From assembly GCA_044224875.1 (NCBI GenBank), contig JBGAJQ010000026.1, forward strand, positions 1 through 61,785: DNA of 61,785 bases, read 5' to 3'. The position numbers and the translations under genes were made by a program. Position 1 is the stretch's first letter. Each line of letters starts with the position of its first letter. This document shows positions 10,145 through 20,101 of this stretch, in pieces. The stretch comes from Gemmatimonadaceae bacterium (GTDB lineage Bacteria; Gemmatimonadota; Gemmatimonadetes; Gemmatimonadales; Gemmatimonadaceae). The notes under the pieces are model-generated. The model was not told where the DNA came from. It made no database searches and saw only the letters and a program-made list of their open reading frames with translations.

Positions 10145-11317
10145 CTACGGCATGCGGTATCGCTGCAGGTGCAACAGGTCGTCGTCGTCGCGGCGTGACA
10201 GGTACACGACCCCATTCCCAAAGCCGATGACGCGCGTCTTTGGCGGGCAAATCACCTTCTGGACGAGCGCTCCGGCGCCATCGACGACGTCATAGGACGG
10301 CGGATCGCCGGCGTTGGTCGTGCGACGGACCCACAGCTGCCCATTCGGCGCGATCAGCGCCGCTTCCTGAAGGAACGGCGGCATGACATCGGGCCAATCG
10401 GTGCGCTCCTCCTCGTCCCGCATCGGTACCATCTGCGCGCTGCGTTGCCCGTTGTTCATCGTCACGGCCATGCCGAACGCGTTCTTGCGCGACTCCTTGT
10501 ACTCGGCCTTATGCGCGGCAGTCACCTTGAGCTTCTGGTAGGCAATCGGCGACCCCGTGGTCTTCTGGCCGGTCGGTGTGTACCACTCGACGTGGTAGTC
10601 GGCGGCGCGCACCACGGCCACCCGTCCGTCAGGGGCAACTGCGTAGGTGTCCTGTGGCGAGAATGGATTGCCGCCCCCGATGCGCACGTTCATGTTCCCG
10701 CGCCCGCCGGTGACCTGCGAGTTGTTCTTTGGCAGCGCCAGGAACGCCACCGTGTCGACCTTCTTCAGTGCCGGTCGCCAGCGCACGATGGCCGACGAGT
10801 CCGAGGACTTGGGGCCGTTCTCCGTCATCGTGATGCCTGGCGTGGCGTAGTACAGACCGCCACGTCCATCTGCCAGCCGGGGGAGCCCGCCCAGCATCAT
10901 CATGCCACCGCGACCGCCTCCGCCCGCACCGGGCATTTCCAGGAACCCGCCCAACTTCCCGTTAGGCTCCACCACCAGCAGCCGGTTGTTCACGACGTCG
11001 GCGATGGCCGTCGAATCGCCGCTCAACGCCAGGGCGCGCTGCGGCAGTCCATACTCGCCCGGTCCGCCTCCCTCACGCCCCAGCTTCGTCCCGCGGCCCG
11101 TCTTGAGATCGATGACCTGAACGGTCTTTTCGCGCGGGTCGACCGTGACCACGCGACCGTCCTTCAGTTCGCGCACGCCGTCCAGGATCGTGAACGGCTC
11201 GGAGTATTCGGCGTCCGGTTTTGTGAGTGTCTTGGTCACTGCCTGCACGGCGCTTCCGCCAAGCTTAAGGGCGCCTGCAGCGGCGAACACCGCCGCCAGT
11301 CGGTACATGGGGGACAT
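10145..11317 (-). CDS. Secreted 6-bladed beta-propeller-like protein
   Basis: Signal peptide and 'LGREGGGPGEYGLP' NHL/6-bladed-propeller-type motif. Repeated 'APDGRVAV' and 'APNGQLWV' blades; GGAG upstream of ATG 11317. Confidence 0.65.
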   Translation of the reverse strand: MSPMYRLAAVFAAAGALKLGGSAVQAVTKTLTKPDAEYSEPFTILDGVRELKDGRVVTVDPREKTVQVIDLKTGRGTKLGREGGGPGEYGLPQRALALSGDSTAIADVVNNRLLVVEPNGKLGGFLEMPGAGGGGRGGMMMLGGLPRLADGRGGLYYATPGITMTENGPKSSDSSAIVRWRPALKKVDTVAFLALPKNNSQVTGGRGNMNVRIGGGNPFSPQDTYAVAPDGRVAVVRAADYHVEWYTPTGQKTTGSPIAYQKLKVTAAHKAEYKESRKNAFGMAVTMNNGQRSAQMVPMRDEEERTDWPDVMPPFLQEAALIAPNGQLWVRRTTNAGDPPSYDVVDGAGALVQKVICPPKTRVIGFGNGVVYLSRRDDDDLLHLQRYRMP

Positions 11318-11556
11318 GAGGAGCTCCGAAATGCGACACGGCGACCGCTGCCGCACGGATGAGGGGTGAACGACCAATCCAAATACGTGCGATTAGTCGC
11401 CGGACCCGCGCAGAAGGTTTACGACGGATGTCGGAGAAGTCCGGAGGCATCGAGGGAGACCCTTGCCGCCGCGTGCTAAATCCCTCGTGCGTTCTGGTGG
11501 GAGACCCGCGATCTCCACCCGTCCTTGGATGCGGCGAGCCGTCGCTTTCGGGACCC

Positions 11557-12132
11557 TTATCCCCTGCGTTTCCAGGCCTCGTATCGCTCGATCTCGGCGT
11601 CCAGTTCCTTGAACGCCTCGGACGCGCGGAAGCGCGTGTAAAGCTGCTCCTGCGTGCGGATCTGGTCCATGAGCTTCTTGGCCACCTCGCCGGTCGGTAG
11701 CTCCATCAATACGAAGGCTCGATACACTCCGCCTTCCACCCGCATGCTCTGTTGCTTGGTGCGGCTCCCGTAGAGCACTTGGCTCACGGTCGACTTGTAG
11801 ACCTGCGTGTACTGGTCGAGCAGCTGTGAGCCCGCGTCGCGGCCGACTTCCTCGGCGAATCGCTTGTTGACAGACGCGTACTTCACCTCGAGCTGCTGGG
11901 CGATGTTGTTGCGCCCTTCGGCCTCGGCCTTGTTGATGGCAATCTGGAGGTCTCGGGAGACCGCCGTCGCAGGTCCGTAGAGGTATTTGTCGTCCGTAGG
12001 GGGCTTGGCGAACCATCCCGGCAGGTTCCGGAGAACCTCCTTGCTGGGCACCGGGGCACCGTCCGTCACGGGTTTCGGGTGGCTACAAGCAACCGCCGAG
12101 GCGGCAAGGAAGGCGAGTGAGATTCTGCGCAT
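11557..12132 (-). CDS. LPP20-family lipoprotein
   Basis: Lipobox AVA-C, then 'P.WF...DDKYLYGPATAVSRDLQIAINKAEAEGRNNIAQQLEVK', typical of LPP20 domains. Confidence 0.75.
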   Translation of the reverse strand: MRRISLAFLAASAVACSHPKPVTDGAPVPSKEVLRNLPGWFAKPPTDDKYLYGPATAVSRDLQIAINKAEAEGRNNIAQQLEVKYASVNKRFAEEVGRDAGSQLLDQYTQVYKSTVSQVLYGSRTKQQSMRVEGGVYRAFVLMELPTGEVAKKLMDQIRTQEQLYTRFRASEAFKELDAEIERYEAWKRRG

Positions 12133-12314
12133 GGCGAGGTCCGGCCGAGAGAAGGGATTTCCCTAGGAAGTCTCGGCCGGTATCTGGCGGTCTTGAGGGT
12201 GTGGAAAAGCCAGTGGCGCTCGCCTGCCACCGCCCCGGGACTGGCCGCCCTGGCCTACCCCTTCGTGTCACCCGCCGTGTTGCCATACCTCCGGCCGTCA
12301 ATCGCCGTGCTGCT

Positions 12315-13172
12315 CTACCTCCGCACGTCGATCACCGCGCTCGCCATCGCTCGCTGGTCCAGTGGGATCGACGCCAGCCAGCGTTGCAGGTCCATGGCGG
12401 TGCGGCCCATTAAGGGTGCCACGGGCACCCGTGTCGCAATCGCCAGCACCAACTCGCGGCGAGATGATCGGCCGTCGGGGAGCACGGCGCGAAGCCTCAG
12501 GCCGCTTCGGCGCCACTCGTCCGAGGGAAAGATGCCGGGCACACCGGACAGCAGCGCCGTCCTGGATACGTACTCGTTAGGGAACAGCACCGTCACCGAG
12601 TCATCTGCCAGCAGCACCAACGTCAACTCGGCGTCGCGGGTCGCGGTCACAGTCGCCACCAGCTCATCGTTTTCGGCGGCGCGAGTCGAGCGCACCTCGA
12701 GTATGGAGGCATTCAGCGTCAGGGTGACACCGAAGGCGGCATCGCGCTCGCCAATCTCGTGCGCCACGGACGCGAGGATGCGCAGTCGCAGGTACACCTG
12801 AGACCCGAGCTCCGGGTGCTGCGTGGTCATCCACTCCTCGGCGAGTACGGCGTAGTCCACGACGCGGCCGCGGGCGTCGAGCTGGACGACGGAGGAGAAG
12901 TCGTCCCGTAGCGCGCCGTTCTTCTCTTCCTTGATGGACATCGATCCGGATTGCACATGAACACCGGCGACCTGCTGGATGGCCCGAGCCAACGCTCCCT
13001 CGATGGCGCGGCGGCGCACGTCGGCCTGTGTGAGCTCCGGCGTCAGGAGGGCGCGGTACTCGACGGTGACCGTGTCGACGACGGACCCGAGGGGGCGTTG
13101 CGCCTGCAGGCGTCCGACAAGAGCGACGAGACTCACGACGGTCACTATGGCCGTTAGGCAGTATCGACGCAT
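12315..13172 (-). CDS. Secreted protein with FlgT-N/LPP20-like N-domain and DUF4384-like C-domain
   Basis: Signal peptide. 'ADVRRRAIEGALARAIQQVAGVHVQS' is FlgT_N-like; 'ELVATVTATRDAELTLVLLADDSVTVLFPNEY' is DUF4384-like. Confidence 0.6.
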   Translation of the reverse strand: MRRYCLTAIVTVVSLVALVGRLQAQRPLGSVVDTVTVEYRALLTPELTQADVRRRAIEGALARAIQQVAGVHVQSGSMSIKEEKNGALRDDFSSVVQLDARGRVVDYAVLAEEWMTTQHPELGSQVYLRLRILASVAHEIGERDAAFGVTLTLNASILEVRSTRAAENDELVATVTATRDAELTLVLLADDSVTVLFPNEYVSRTALLSGVPGIFPSDEWRRSGLRLRAVLPDGRSSRRELVLAIATRVPVAPLMGRTAMDLQRWLASIPLDQRAMASAVIDVRR

Positions 13173-15350
13173 CTACGGTCGGGGTCCCGATCCCGGCACA
13201 CGGGATACGATCAGGGAGCGCTCGCGTGCGATCGTCAGCGGTTGCTGCTCACGGTCGCGACGGCCGGCGCTCGCGCGTACTTCCTTCACCAGGAATGTAT
13301 TCAACTCCTCCACGGTGATGGCGCCATTGTGGTCCGCGTCGGCGGCGCCGCGGAGTCCGCGGAAGAACTCGTACGAGAAGAGTCCGTGCTGGCGGTCGGG
13401 GAGGTCGTTCGCCACCTGCGCGCCCTGCGCCGCGGCAAAGACGGCCATGCCGTTTCGCAGGAGTGCCGGGTGTTCGACGGAAACCACCACCGGCCGCGCA
13501 CCATCGGCAATGGCGACGCCGCCACGCGAGACGCCGGAAAAGCACGCGTCGATGGCGACGATGATCCGCCGCGCCTTGAGTTTCGCCAGCGCCTCGTAGA
13601 CCTCCGACAGCTGCAAAGCTGTCTCACGAGGGTAGTCGGCATCGCCGTCGAATGGGAGTAACACGGGAGCGTGGTCCGAATCCGCCGCACCGTGGCCCGC
13701 AAAGAAGACGATCACATCGCTCTGCGGAGTCACCCGTCGCGCCAGCCAGCCCGCCGCTCCGAACGCTTTTCGGAACTCGGCCTGGGTCGCGTCCCCGTCC
13801 AGGCGCATGAGCACATGGTCGGGGTCGTCGGGGACACCAAACACCGACGTGGCGTAGCGTCGCATGGTCGACGCGTCGCGGGCCGCAAAGCGGGCGCGTG
13901 GCAGCGAACGGTAATAGTCGATGCCAAAGATCACGGCGACGGCGTCGGGATTGATCGCGGCGCGCGACACGAACGGCGCGTCCACGTTGCTCCCTTCTCG
14001 GGCGCCCGTGTTGGCACCCAACGGGGTCGTACCATCCGTCGCCGCGGTGGGTCGTCCCGTTAGGCGGAGTGGCACGGCCAGGTTCGCCTGCTCACGGCCC
14101 CTCGCATCGCGCACGACCAGCCGAATGGCGGTCGATTCTGCACGGGCGTTCGTGTACACGGAAAACCTCACGTCCACACTGTCGCCCGGGCGGACTCTCG
14201 GGAGTTGGAAGCGCGGAGGGGTGCCCGCCGCCGCGAACACGTCGCGGCCCAGGGTCAGCGACGCGCTGGCGTCGGACACGTCGGCGTCCCCGATGTTGGC
14301 AAGACGCACGCGGACGTCTACGAGTTCCCGTGGGGACGCGCGCCCGTCGCCGGACTGGTCGTCCTGTTCGATGACGACCGGGACCAAGCGCGCCGCACGG
14401 GAGGGCACCACCGGCAGCTCCACACGAGTCTCTGGGCTCACGCCAAATCCGTTCAGCTCGCGCGCGCCGCCTAACAACACGACCCGATTGCTCAGGAGAG
14501 ATGGCGGAAAGCGCACCGCAACCTCGCGGGTGGCCGTAGCGCCCGGCGCGAGGCTGGGGACGGTTGGCGCCCATACCACACTCGCACTTTCACCCCCAGC
14601 GGGTGCGATCAGGAGGTACGGCTCCACCGTGTACGCCGTTCCTGCGCCGTCGTTACGAAGGGTGAAGATCGCCACATTCGCGGCTCCCGCGGTCCGCGCC
14701 GTCAGTGTCGTGTCCTTGAGCGTTACAGACAGCGTTAGGCGCGGAGCGGCCATCGTGTCGGCCGGAGGTCGACGCGCCGGAGCCATCATGCTATCGGCAA
14801 CCGTCGGGCCCGGCGTTCCGTCCACCGCATGGCGACGCGCCTCGGCCAGCGGCCTGTCCGAATCGGTGACCGGCAATCGGCGATCGGGATCCGTCCACCC
14901 GACCAAGGTTCGCGTGACAGCATCCAGCACCACGACGGCCCGGCCGTATATCCAGTGTTCCCTCGTGTCGCGCTCGACTGCCCCGCGCGGCTGGCCGAGG
15001 AGGCGCAAGACATCGGCGGCACTACTCCCGAGGGAGAGCGTGCGCGTCGCCGTCGAGGTCCCTCCGCCCAGCGCAACGGCATGCAGTTCGTGCTGTGGGT
15101 CGTCCCACCCGACCACCCGTTGTGTCGCGGCCGAAAAGCGCACGGAGGCCTGCCGCCAGCTCCCAATCTCCACCCCGAGTGAGGTGAGGCGTTCGATTAC
15201 GGCAGGGGCCGACTCCGTTCGACGAACGTCCTCGTTGGTACTCCCCAGCGCAAAGGGTCGCTGGCCTGCCTGGGCGGGCCGTTGGGCCACGGCCGAGGCG
15301 GACAGGGCGAGCGAAGCAAGGGCAGTGAGAGTCGCGAGTCGAGGCGGCAT
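13173..15350 (-). CDS. Exported caspase-family (peptidase C14) protein with N-terminal repeats and Ig-like domains
   Basis: Signal peptide. C-terminal 'AVAVIFGIDYY', His in 'VFFAGHG', Cys in 'IDACFSG', 'HGLFSYEFFRGLRGAAD..NGAITVEEL' and 'QQP'. Confidence 0.85.
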   Translation of the reverse strand: MPPRLATLTALASLALSASAVAQRPAQAGQRPFALGSTNEDVRRTESAPAVIERLTSLGVEIGSWRQASVRFSAATQRVVGWDDPQHELHAVALGGGTSTATRTLSLGSSAADVLRLLGQPRGAVERDTREHWIYGRAVVVLDAVTRTLVGWTDPDRRLPVTDSDRPLAEARRHAVDGTPGPTVADSMMAPARRPPADTMAAPRLTLSVTLKDTTLTARTAGAANVAIFTLRNDGAGTAYTVEPYLLIAPAGGESASVVWAPTVPSLAPGATATREVAVRFPPSLLSNRVVLLGGARELNGFGVSPETRVELPVVPSRAARLVPVVIEQDDQSGDGRASPRELVDVRVRLANIGDADVSDASASLTLGRDVFAAAGTPPRFQLPRVRPGDSVDVRFSVYTNARAESTAIRLVVRDARGREQANLAVPLRLTGRPTAATDGTTPLGANTGAREGSNVDAPFVSRAAINPDAVAVIFGIDYYRSLPRARFAARDASTMRRYATSVFGVPDDPDHVLMRLDGDATQAEFRKAFGAAGWLARRVTPQSDVIVFFAGHGAADSDHAPVLLPFDGDADYPRETALQLSEVYEALAKLKARRIIVAIDACFSGVSRGGVAIADGARPVVVSVEHPALLRNGMAVFAAAQGAQVANDLPDRQHGLFSYEFFRGLRGAADADHNGAITVEELNTFLVKEVRASAGRRDREQQPLTIARERSLIVSRVPGSGPRP

Positions 15351-15551
15351 GGACGGCCGGTGCAGCGGAGAATTGACGTGTCTCCTTGGGAAGTATCGGC
15401 AGGTGGGTCTATCGTCGGGAGGTCGCGAAGCCCCGGGCCGAACCCCGACGCGCAGCGAGGCAATTACGGACGGCGCGGCAGGGCGCCGAATGCCACCAAT
15501 TCAAGGGCCGGGCGTCTGGGCTGCGCTCGGAACTGGAGAGCAGGAGGCAGC

Positions 15552-16448
15552 ATGTTCAGGCTTCAGCGAATAGTCGTGGGCGTCGACTTCGGCGACCCGT
15601 GTGTGGAAGCGCTGCGCTGGTCGACAACACACCTGGCTCCCGATGCGCATCACCTATTGGTGCATGTGGTTGAGCCGGCGACGGGACCGAAACTTCTGGC
15701 GCCGCCCCTGAATCTCGCCAATCTCGGCGATGCCGAGGCGGTTGAAGCCGGCGGAGCGCGACTGCGTGACCTCGCACGCGAGTATCGGGGGGCAGTCTCG
15801 ACACACGTGCTCGCCGGATCTCCGAGCGACGAGCTGGCGCGGTTTGCGCGGCAGGAGGGCGCGCGACTCATTGTGATCGGCGCGCATGGGAAATCGCGTC
15901 GTGATTGGACTTGGGCGGGAAGCACCGCGGAACGACTCGCGGGGAGCACGCCGCCGGCAGTGTTGGTCGCGCGATGTGCGCCGGAGACGACGCCGAAGAA
16001 AATCCTCGTTGCGGTGGACAACGCCCCGGTGACGAACACCGTGCTGGACTGGGCAACGTTCCTGTCCGAGCGGTTTGGCGCGGAACTGACGTTGTTGCAC
16101 GTGCTGAGCAATGCGGCCATCACCCATGTCGCGTCACTGGCTGCTGCCACCTCTCGCAATCCCACCGCGCCGGAGCACGAGGTCGATAAAGCGTTGGTGA
16201 CCGAGGGTGCGCGATGGCTCGACTCGATCGCGTCCACCGAGGCGAATCCGCGTGCAGTCACCACGGACATACGATTTGGACGGGTGGGCGACGTGATCAT
16301 CGATCGCGCTCGCGCGCTGTCGGCGGACCTGATCGTGATGGGTCGCCATAGTCGAGGCCCGACGCGCCCCACACGGCTGGGCCGGACGGTGCGCGCGGTG
16401 CTGCATGGCGCTCCCTGCTCGGTGCTCATTGTTGGTGCTGACGAGTGA
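15552..16448 (+). CDS. Tandem-domain universal stress protein
   Basis: AGGAGG RBS before ATG 15552. Two USP domains: 'RIVVGVDF...LIVIGAHG...GSTAERL' and 'KILVAVD...DLIVMGRH...LGRTVRAVLHGAPCSVL'. Confidence 0.9.
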   Translation: MFRLQRIVVGVDFGDPCVEALRWSTTHLAPDAHHLLVHVVEPATGPKLLAPPLNLANLGDAEAVEAGGARLRDLAREYRGAVSTHVLAGSPSDELARFARQEGARLIVIGAHGKSRRDWTWAGSTAERLAGSTPPAVLVARCAPETTPKKILVAVDNAPVTNTVLDWATFLSERFGAELTLLHVLSNAAITHVASLAAATSRNPTAPEHEVDKALVTEGARWLDSIASTEANPRAVTTDIRFGRVGDVIIDRARALSADLIVMGRHSRGPTRPTRLGRTVRAVLHGAPCSVLIVGADE

Positions 16449-16451
16449 CCC

Positions 16452-19187
16452 GTGCGCTCGGTGATGGGTCCCCCGCACCGCGGTCCGAAGTTGAATCCAT
16501 CGGAGGCCGATGGTAGCGGGCATGCGCTGACGCCTGCGGTATCGGGGCGTGAGGCCGCGCATGGCTGGTATGCGTTGACGCCCGACCAGGTCGTCGCGGC
16601 ATTGGGCACCGATGTGGCGACTGGCCTGTCGTCCGCCGAGGTGCAACTGCGGCTGATGCAGCACGGTCCAAATGCGTTGGCCGACGTACGCCGTCGCCAC
16701 CCTTTGCGCATCCTTGTCCGGCAACTCAGTGACATGATGGTGCTGGCGCTTCTTGGCGCAGCCGTGATCGCGGCCGCTCTCGGTGAGCCGCAGGACGTCG
16801 CGGCGATTGTCGCGATCGTGACGTTGAACGCAGTCCTCGGCTTTGTACAGGAGTATCGCGCTGAGCGAGCGCTCGAGGCGCTGAAGGCGTTAGGTGCTCC
16901 GTCGGCGCGTGTGCGTCGTGACGGCAACGAAGACACGTATCGCGCGACAGAACTGGTTCCCGGTGACGTCGTACGGTTGGAGGCGGGCAACGTGGTCCCG
17001 GCCGACCTCCGTTTGATTGACGTCGCCCGACTCGGCGTCGACGAGTCCTCACTCACCGGCGAGTCGCAGGTGGTGAGCAAGTCCGTCCGAGCAATCACCG
17101 ACCGTGACCCGTTGCCGCTCGCCGACCAGGTCAACATGGCCTACAAGGGGACGGTCGTGACGTCGGGTCGCGGGTTGGGCGTAGTGATCGCGACCGGGAT
17201 GCGCACGGAGTTGGGAAGGATCGCGTCGCTGCTCACCGGAGCGGCTGAGAGTTCCACACCGCTGCAACGGCGGCTCGCGCGATTTGGCCGAACGATGGCG
17301 GCAGCCGTGGTCGGCCTTTGTGCGGTGATGTTTGTGACCGGGCTGCTGCGCGGTGAACCCGCCACGCTCATGTTCATGACGGCGTTGAGCCTGGCGGTCG
17401 CCGCCATTCCCGAGTCACTCCCGGCCGTCGTCACCGTGTCGTTGGCCCTTGGCGCGCGAAAGATGGCCCGCAAGCAGGCGCTCATCCGCCGCCTGCCGGC
17501 CGTGGAAACGCTAGGATCTGTCACCTACATCTGTTCGGATAAGACGGGCACACTCACCGAGAATCGCATGACGGTGCAGACGGTGGCACCGGCGGGCTCG
17601 GTGGACGGTACGACGCAGACGTCGGCGGCTCGAGAAGTACTACGCACCGAGATGCTGACGGCCATGGCCCTGAGTACGGATGCCATCGAGCATCCCGGTG
17701 GCTCGTTGACGGGTGACCCAACGGAGCTGGCCCTGCACTCGCACGCGGCGGACGCTGGATTTTCACGAGCGCGTCTGACGTTGCACCGCCCGCGAGTCAG
17801 CGAGCTCCCGTTCTCATCGGATCGCGCGCGAATGACGACCATCCATCGCGACGCGTCGTCCGGTCGATATATCGCGTACGTAAAGGGCGCTCCTGAGCGA
17901 GTGATCCCTCTTTGCTCTGATTCCACATCCGGCGAGCCACCGCTCGATGCGGAGGGCGTCCTGATCACGGCGGCGCGGATGGCGGCGTCCGGTCTGCGCG
18001 TCCTGGCTTTCGCTGATCGGTCCCTGGATGAGTTGCCGAGCGACGCGTCGCAGGTTGAGCAGTCGCTGCGTTTCCTTGGATTGGTCGGGCTTCTCGATCC
18101 ACCCCGTGTCGAGGCGATGGCGGCCGTTCGTGCGTGTCAGGAGGCAGGGGTTCACGTCGTCTTGATCACGGGAGATCACCCGTCGACTGCACTCGCCATC
18201 GCGAGGCAACTTGGAATCGCCAATGATCGTGACAAGCTGGTCACCGGCGATCAACTGACACAAATGACGACGGAAGACCTGGAGCGGGTAGTGCAGGACA
18301 CTCGGGTCTATGCGCGGGTAGCGCCTGAAGACAAGATTCGCGTGGTGGAGGCGTTGCAGTCGAGGGGTGAGTTTGTGGCGATGACCGGTGACGGCGTGAA
18401 CGATGCTCCCGCGCTGCGCCGAGCCGATATTGGCGTCGCGATGGGTCGTGGCGGCACCGATGTGGCGAGGGAGGCCGCGCACATGGTGCTCCTGGACGAC
18501 AACTTCGCGACGATCGTGAAGGCTGTGCGCGAGGGGCGACGGATCTACGACAACATCCGTCGATTCGTCCGCTACAGCGTGTCCACGAACGCCGGCGAGA
18601 TCTGGACGCTGTTCGTGGCGCCTTTGCTCGGTTTGCCCCTGCCACTTCTCCCGATCCACATCCTTTGGATGAACCTCGTGACGGACGGCCTGCCCGGGTT
18701 GGCGCTGGCGGCGGAGCCGACGGGTCGTGAGGTCATGCGGCGTCCCCCGCGCTCGCCGCGCGAGAGCATCTTCGCGCAAGGTCTCTGGCAACACGCCGTC
18801 TGGGTGGGGTTGCTGATGGCGGCACTGGCACTTGGTACTCAGGCGTGGAGCCTGCACGTAGGAGACGCGCATTGGCAAAGCATGACGTTCACCGTGCTGA
18901 CCTTGTCGCAACTCGCCCACGTGATGGCCATCCGCTCGGAGCGCGAGTCACTCGTGACGCTGGGAATCTGGTCGAATCGGCCGCTGCTGTACACCGTGGG
19001 GATTACGACGGCATTGCAGCTGTCGATCCTCTACCTCGCTCCCATGAACCGGATCTTCCAGACTGCCCCACTGACCCTCGGTGAGCTGGCAGCCTGTTGC
19101 GCCGTGGCCTCGGTCGTGTTCGTCGCAGTCGAGATCGAGAAGTTCCTGGTGCGTCGCGGCTGGTTGGGGCGCTCGGTCGCGACCTGA
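16452..19187 (+). CDS. Cation-transporting P-type ATPase (type IIA, Ca2+-like)
   Basis: Motifs TGES, 'AVAAIPE', DKTGTLT, KGAPE, TGDGVND and 'LWMNLVTDG'. Confidence 0.93.
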   Translation: MRSVMGPPHRGPKLNPSEADGSGHALTPAVSGREAAHGWYALTPDQVVAALGTDVATGLSSAEVQLRLMQHGPNALADVRRRHPLRILVRQLSDMMVLALLGAAVIAAALGEPQDVAAIVAIVTLNAVLGFVQEYRAERALEALKALGAPSARVRRDGNEDTYRATELVPGDVVRLEAGNVVPADLRLIDVARLGVDESSLTGESQVVSKSVRAITDRDPLPLADQVNMAYKGTVVTSGRGLGVVIATGMRTELGRIASLLTGAAESSTPLQRRLARFGRTMAAAVVGLCAVMFVTGLLRGEPATLMFMTALSLAVAAIPESLPAVVTVSLALGARKMARKQALIRRLPAVETLGSVTYICSDKTGTLTENRMTVQTVAPAGSVDGTTQTSAAREVLRTEMLTAMALSTDAIEHPGGSLTGDPTELALHSHAADAGFSRARLTLHRPRVSELPFSSDRARMTTIHRDASSGRYIAYVKGAPERVIPLCSDSTSGEPPLDAEGVLITAARMAASGLRVLAFADRSLDELPSDASQVEQSLRFLGLVGLLDPPRVEAMAAVRACQEAGVHVVLITGDHPSTALAIARQLGIANDRDKLVTGDQLTQMTTEDLERVVQDTRVYARVAPEDKIRVVEALQSRGEFVAMTGDGVNDAPALRRADIGVAMGRGGTDVAREAAHMVLLDDNFATIVKAVREGRRIYDNIRRFVRYSVSTNAGEIWTLFVAPLLGLPLPLLPIHILWMNLVTDGLPGLALAAEPTGREVMRRPPRSPRESIFAQGLWQHAVWVGLLMAALALGTQAWSLHVGDAHWQSMTFTVLTLSQLAHVMAIRSERESLVTLGIWSNRPLLYTVGITTALQLSILYLAPMNRIFQTAPLTLGELAACCAVASVVFVAVEIEKFLVRRGWLGRSVAT

Positions 19188-19192
19188 GCCGC

Positions 19193-19996
19193 TTATCGGA
19201 TGGTCTCCGCCAGCTTAAAAACCTGTGGTGACACGCGCGGGTACGCGAGCTTGAGCGCCCGCAGCCGCGCGTTGATCGTCTCCGTAATGAGCAAGTTGCG
19301 CGTCGACTTGTGGTTGGCGGGAACCACGTACCAGGGCGCCCAGGCCGTCGAACATTTCCGAAGGGCGTCCCGATACGCCTTCGTGTAGTCATCCCACAAC
19401 GCGCGGTCCTTCAAGTCGCCTTCCCGGAACTTCCAGTTCTTCGTCGGATCCGCCAGCCGATCGCGAAACCGCTCGGCCTGCTCTTCACGCGAGATGTGCA
19501 GGTAGAACTTGAGAATGACTACGTTGTTCTCGCTGAGATGTTTCTCGAACGCGTTGATCTGCTCATAGCGACGAGACCAGACGTCGCGAGCCACGAGGTC
19601 CTTCACCCGAACGACCAGCACATCCTCATAGTGCGACCGATTGAAGATGCCGATCATCCCGCGTTCCGGAATGGCTTTGTGCACCCGCCACAAGTAGTCG
19701 TGCGACAGCTCCTCCTCGGTCGGCACCTTGAACGGCTTTACGGTGCAGCCGAGTGGATTGCAGGCATCGAATACGCACTTGATGGTGCTGTCCTTTCCCG
19801 AGGCATCACGCCCCTGCAGCACAACGAGCAAGGCATATCGGCGGTCCGCGTACAGTAGCTGTTGCAGCTCGCCCAGTTCAGCCACCGCGTCTTCCAACCG
19901 CTCGCGGAGTTCGTCATTGCGCGGGATGGACTTGGGCGCCTTGGCGTCTGCGTCGGACAGGCGGAGCGCGTCCTTGGAGCGTACGGGTGCGAGCAT
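19193..19996 (-). CDS. ppk2: Polyphosphate kinase 2 family (class III-like)
   Basis: Walker A 'QGRDASGKDS', Walker B 'FNRSHYEDVL', 'KNWKF' and 'APWYVVPA'. Confidence 0.9.
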   Translation of the reverse strand: MLAPVRSKDALRLSDADAKAPKSIPRNDELRERLEDAVAELGELQQLLYADRRYALLVVLQGRDASGKDSTIKCVFDACNPLGCTVKPFKVPTEEELSHDYLWRVHKAIPERGMIGIFNRSHYEDVLVVRVKDLVARDVWSRRYEQINAFEKHLSENNVVILKFYLHISREEQAERFRDRLADPTKNWKFREGDLKDRALWDDYTKAYRDALRKCSTAWAPWYVVPANHKSTRNLLITETINARLRALKLAYPRVSPQVFKLAETIR

Positions 19997-20101
19997 GAGT
20001 GCGGTGCGGAAGGGAGGACCGGGGAAGGGCGTAGCCGAGCCGTGTGATACGGCAACAGATTACGCGCTTCGTCGCCACCCGAACAGGAGGGAGAACACCC
20101 G

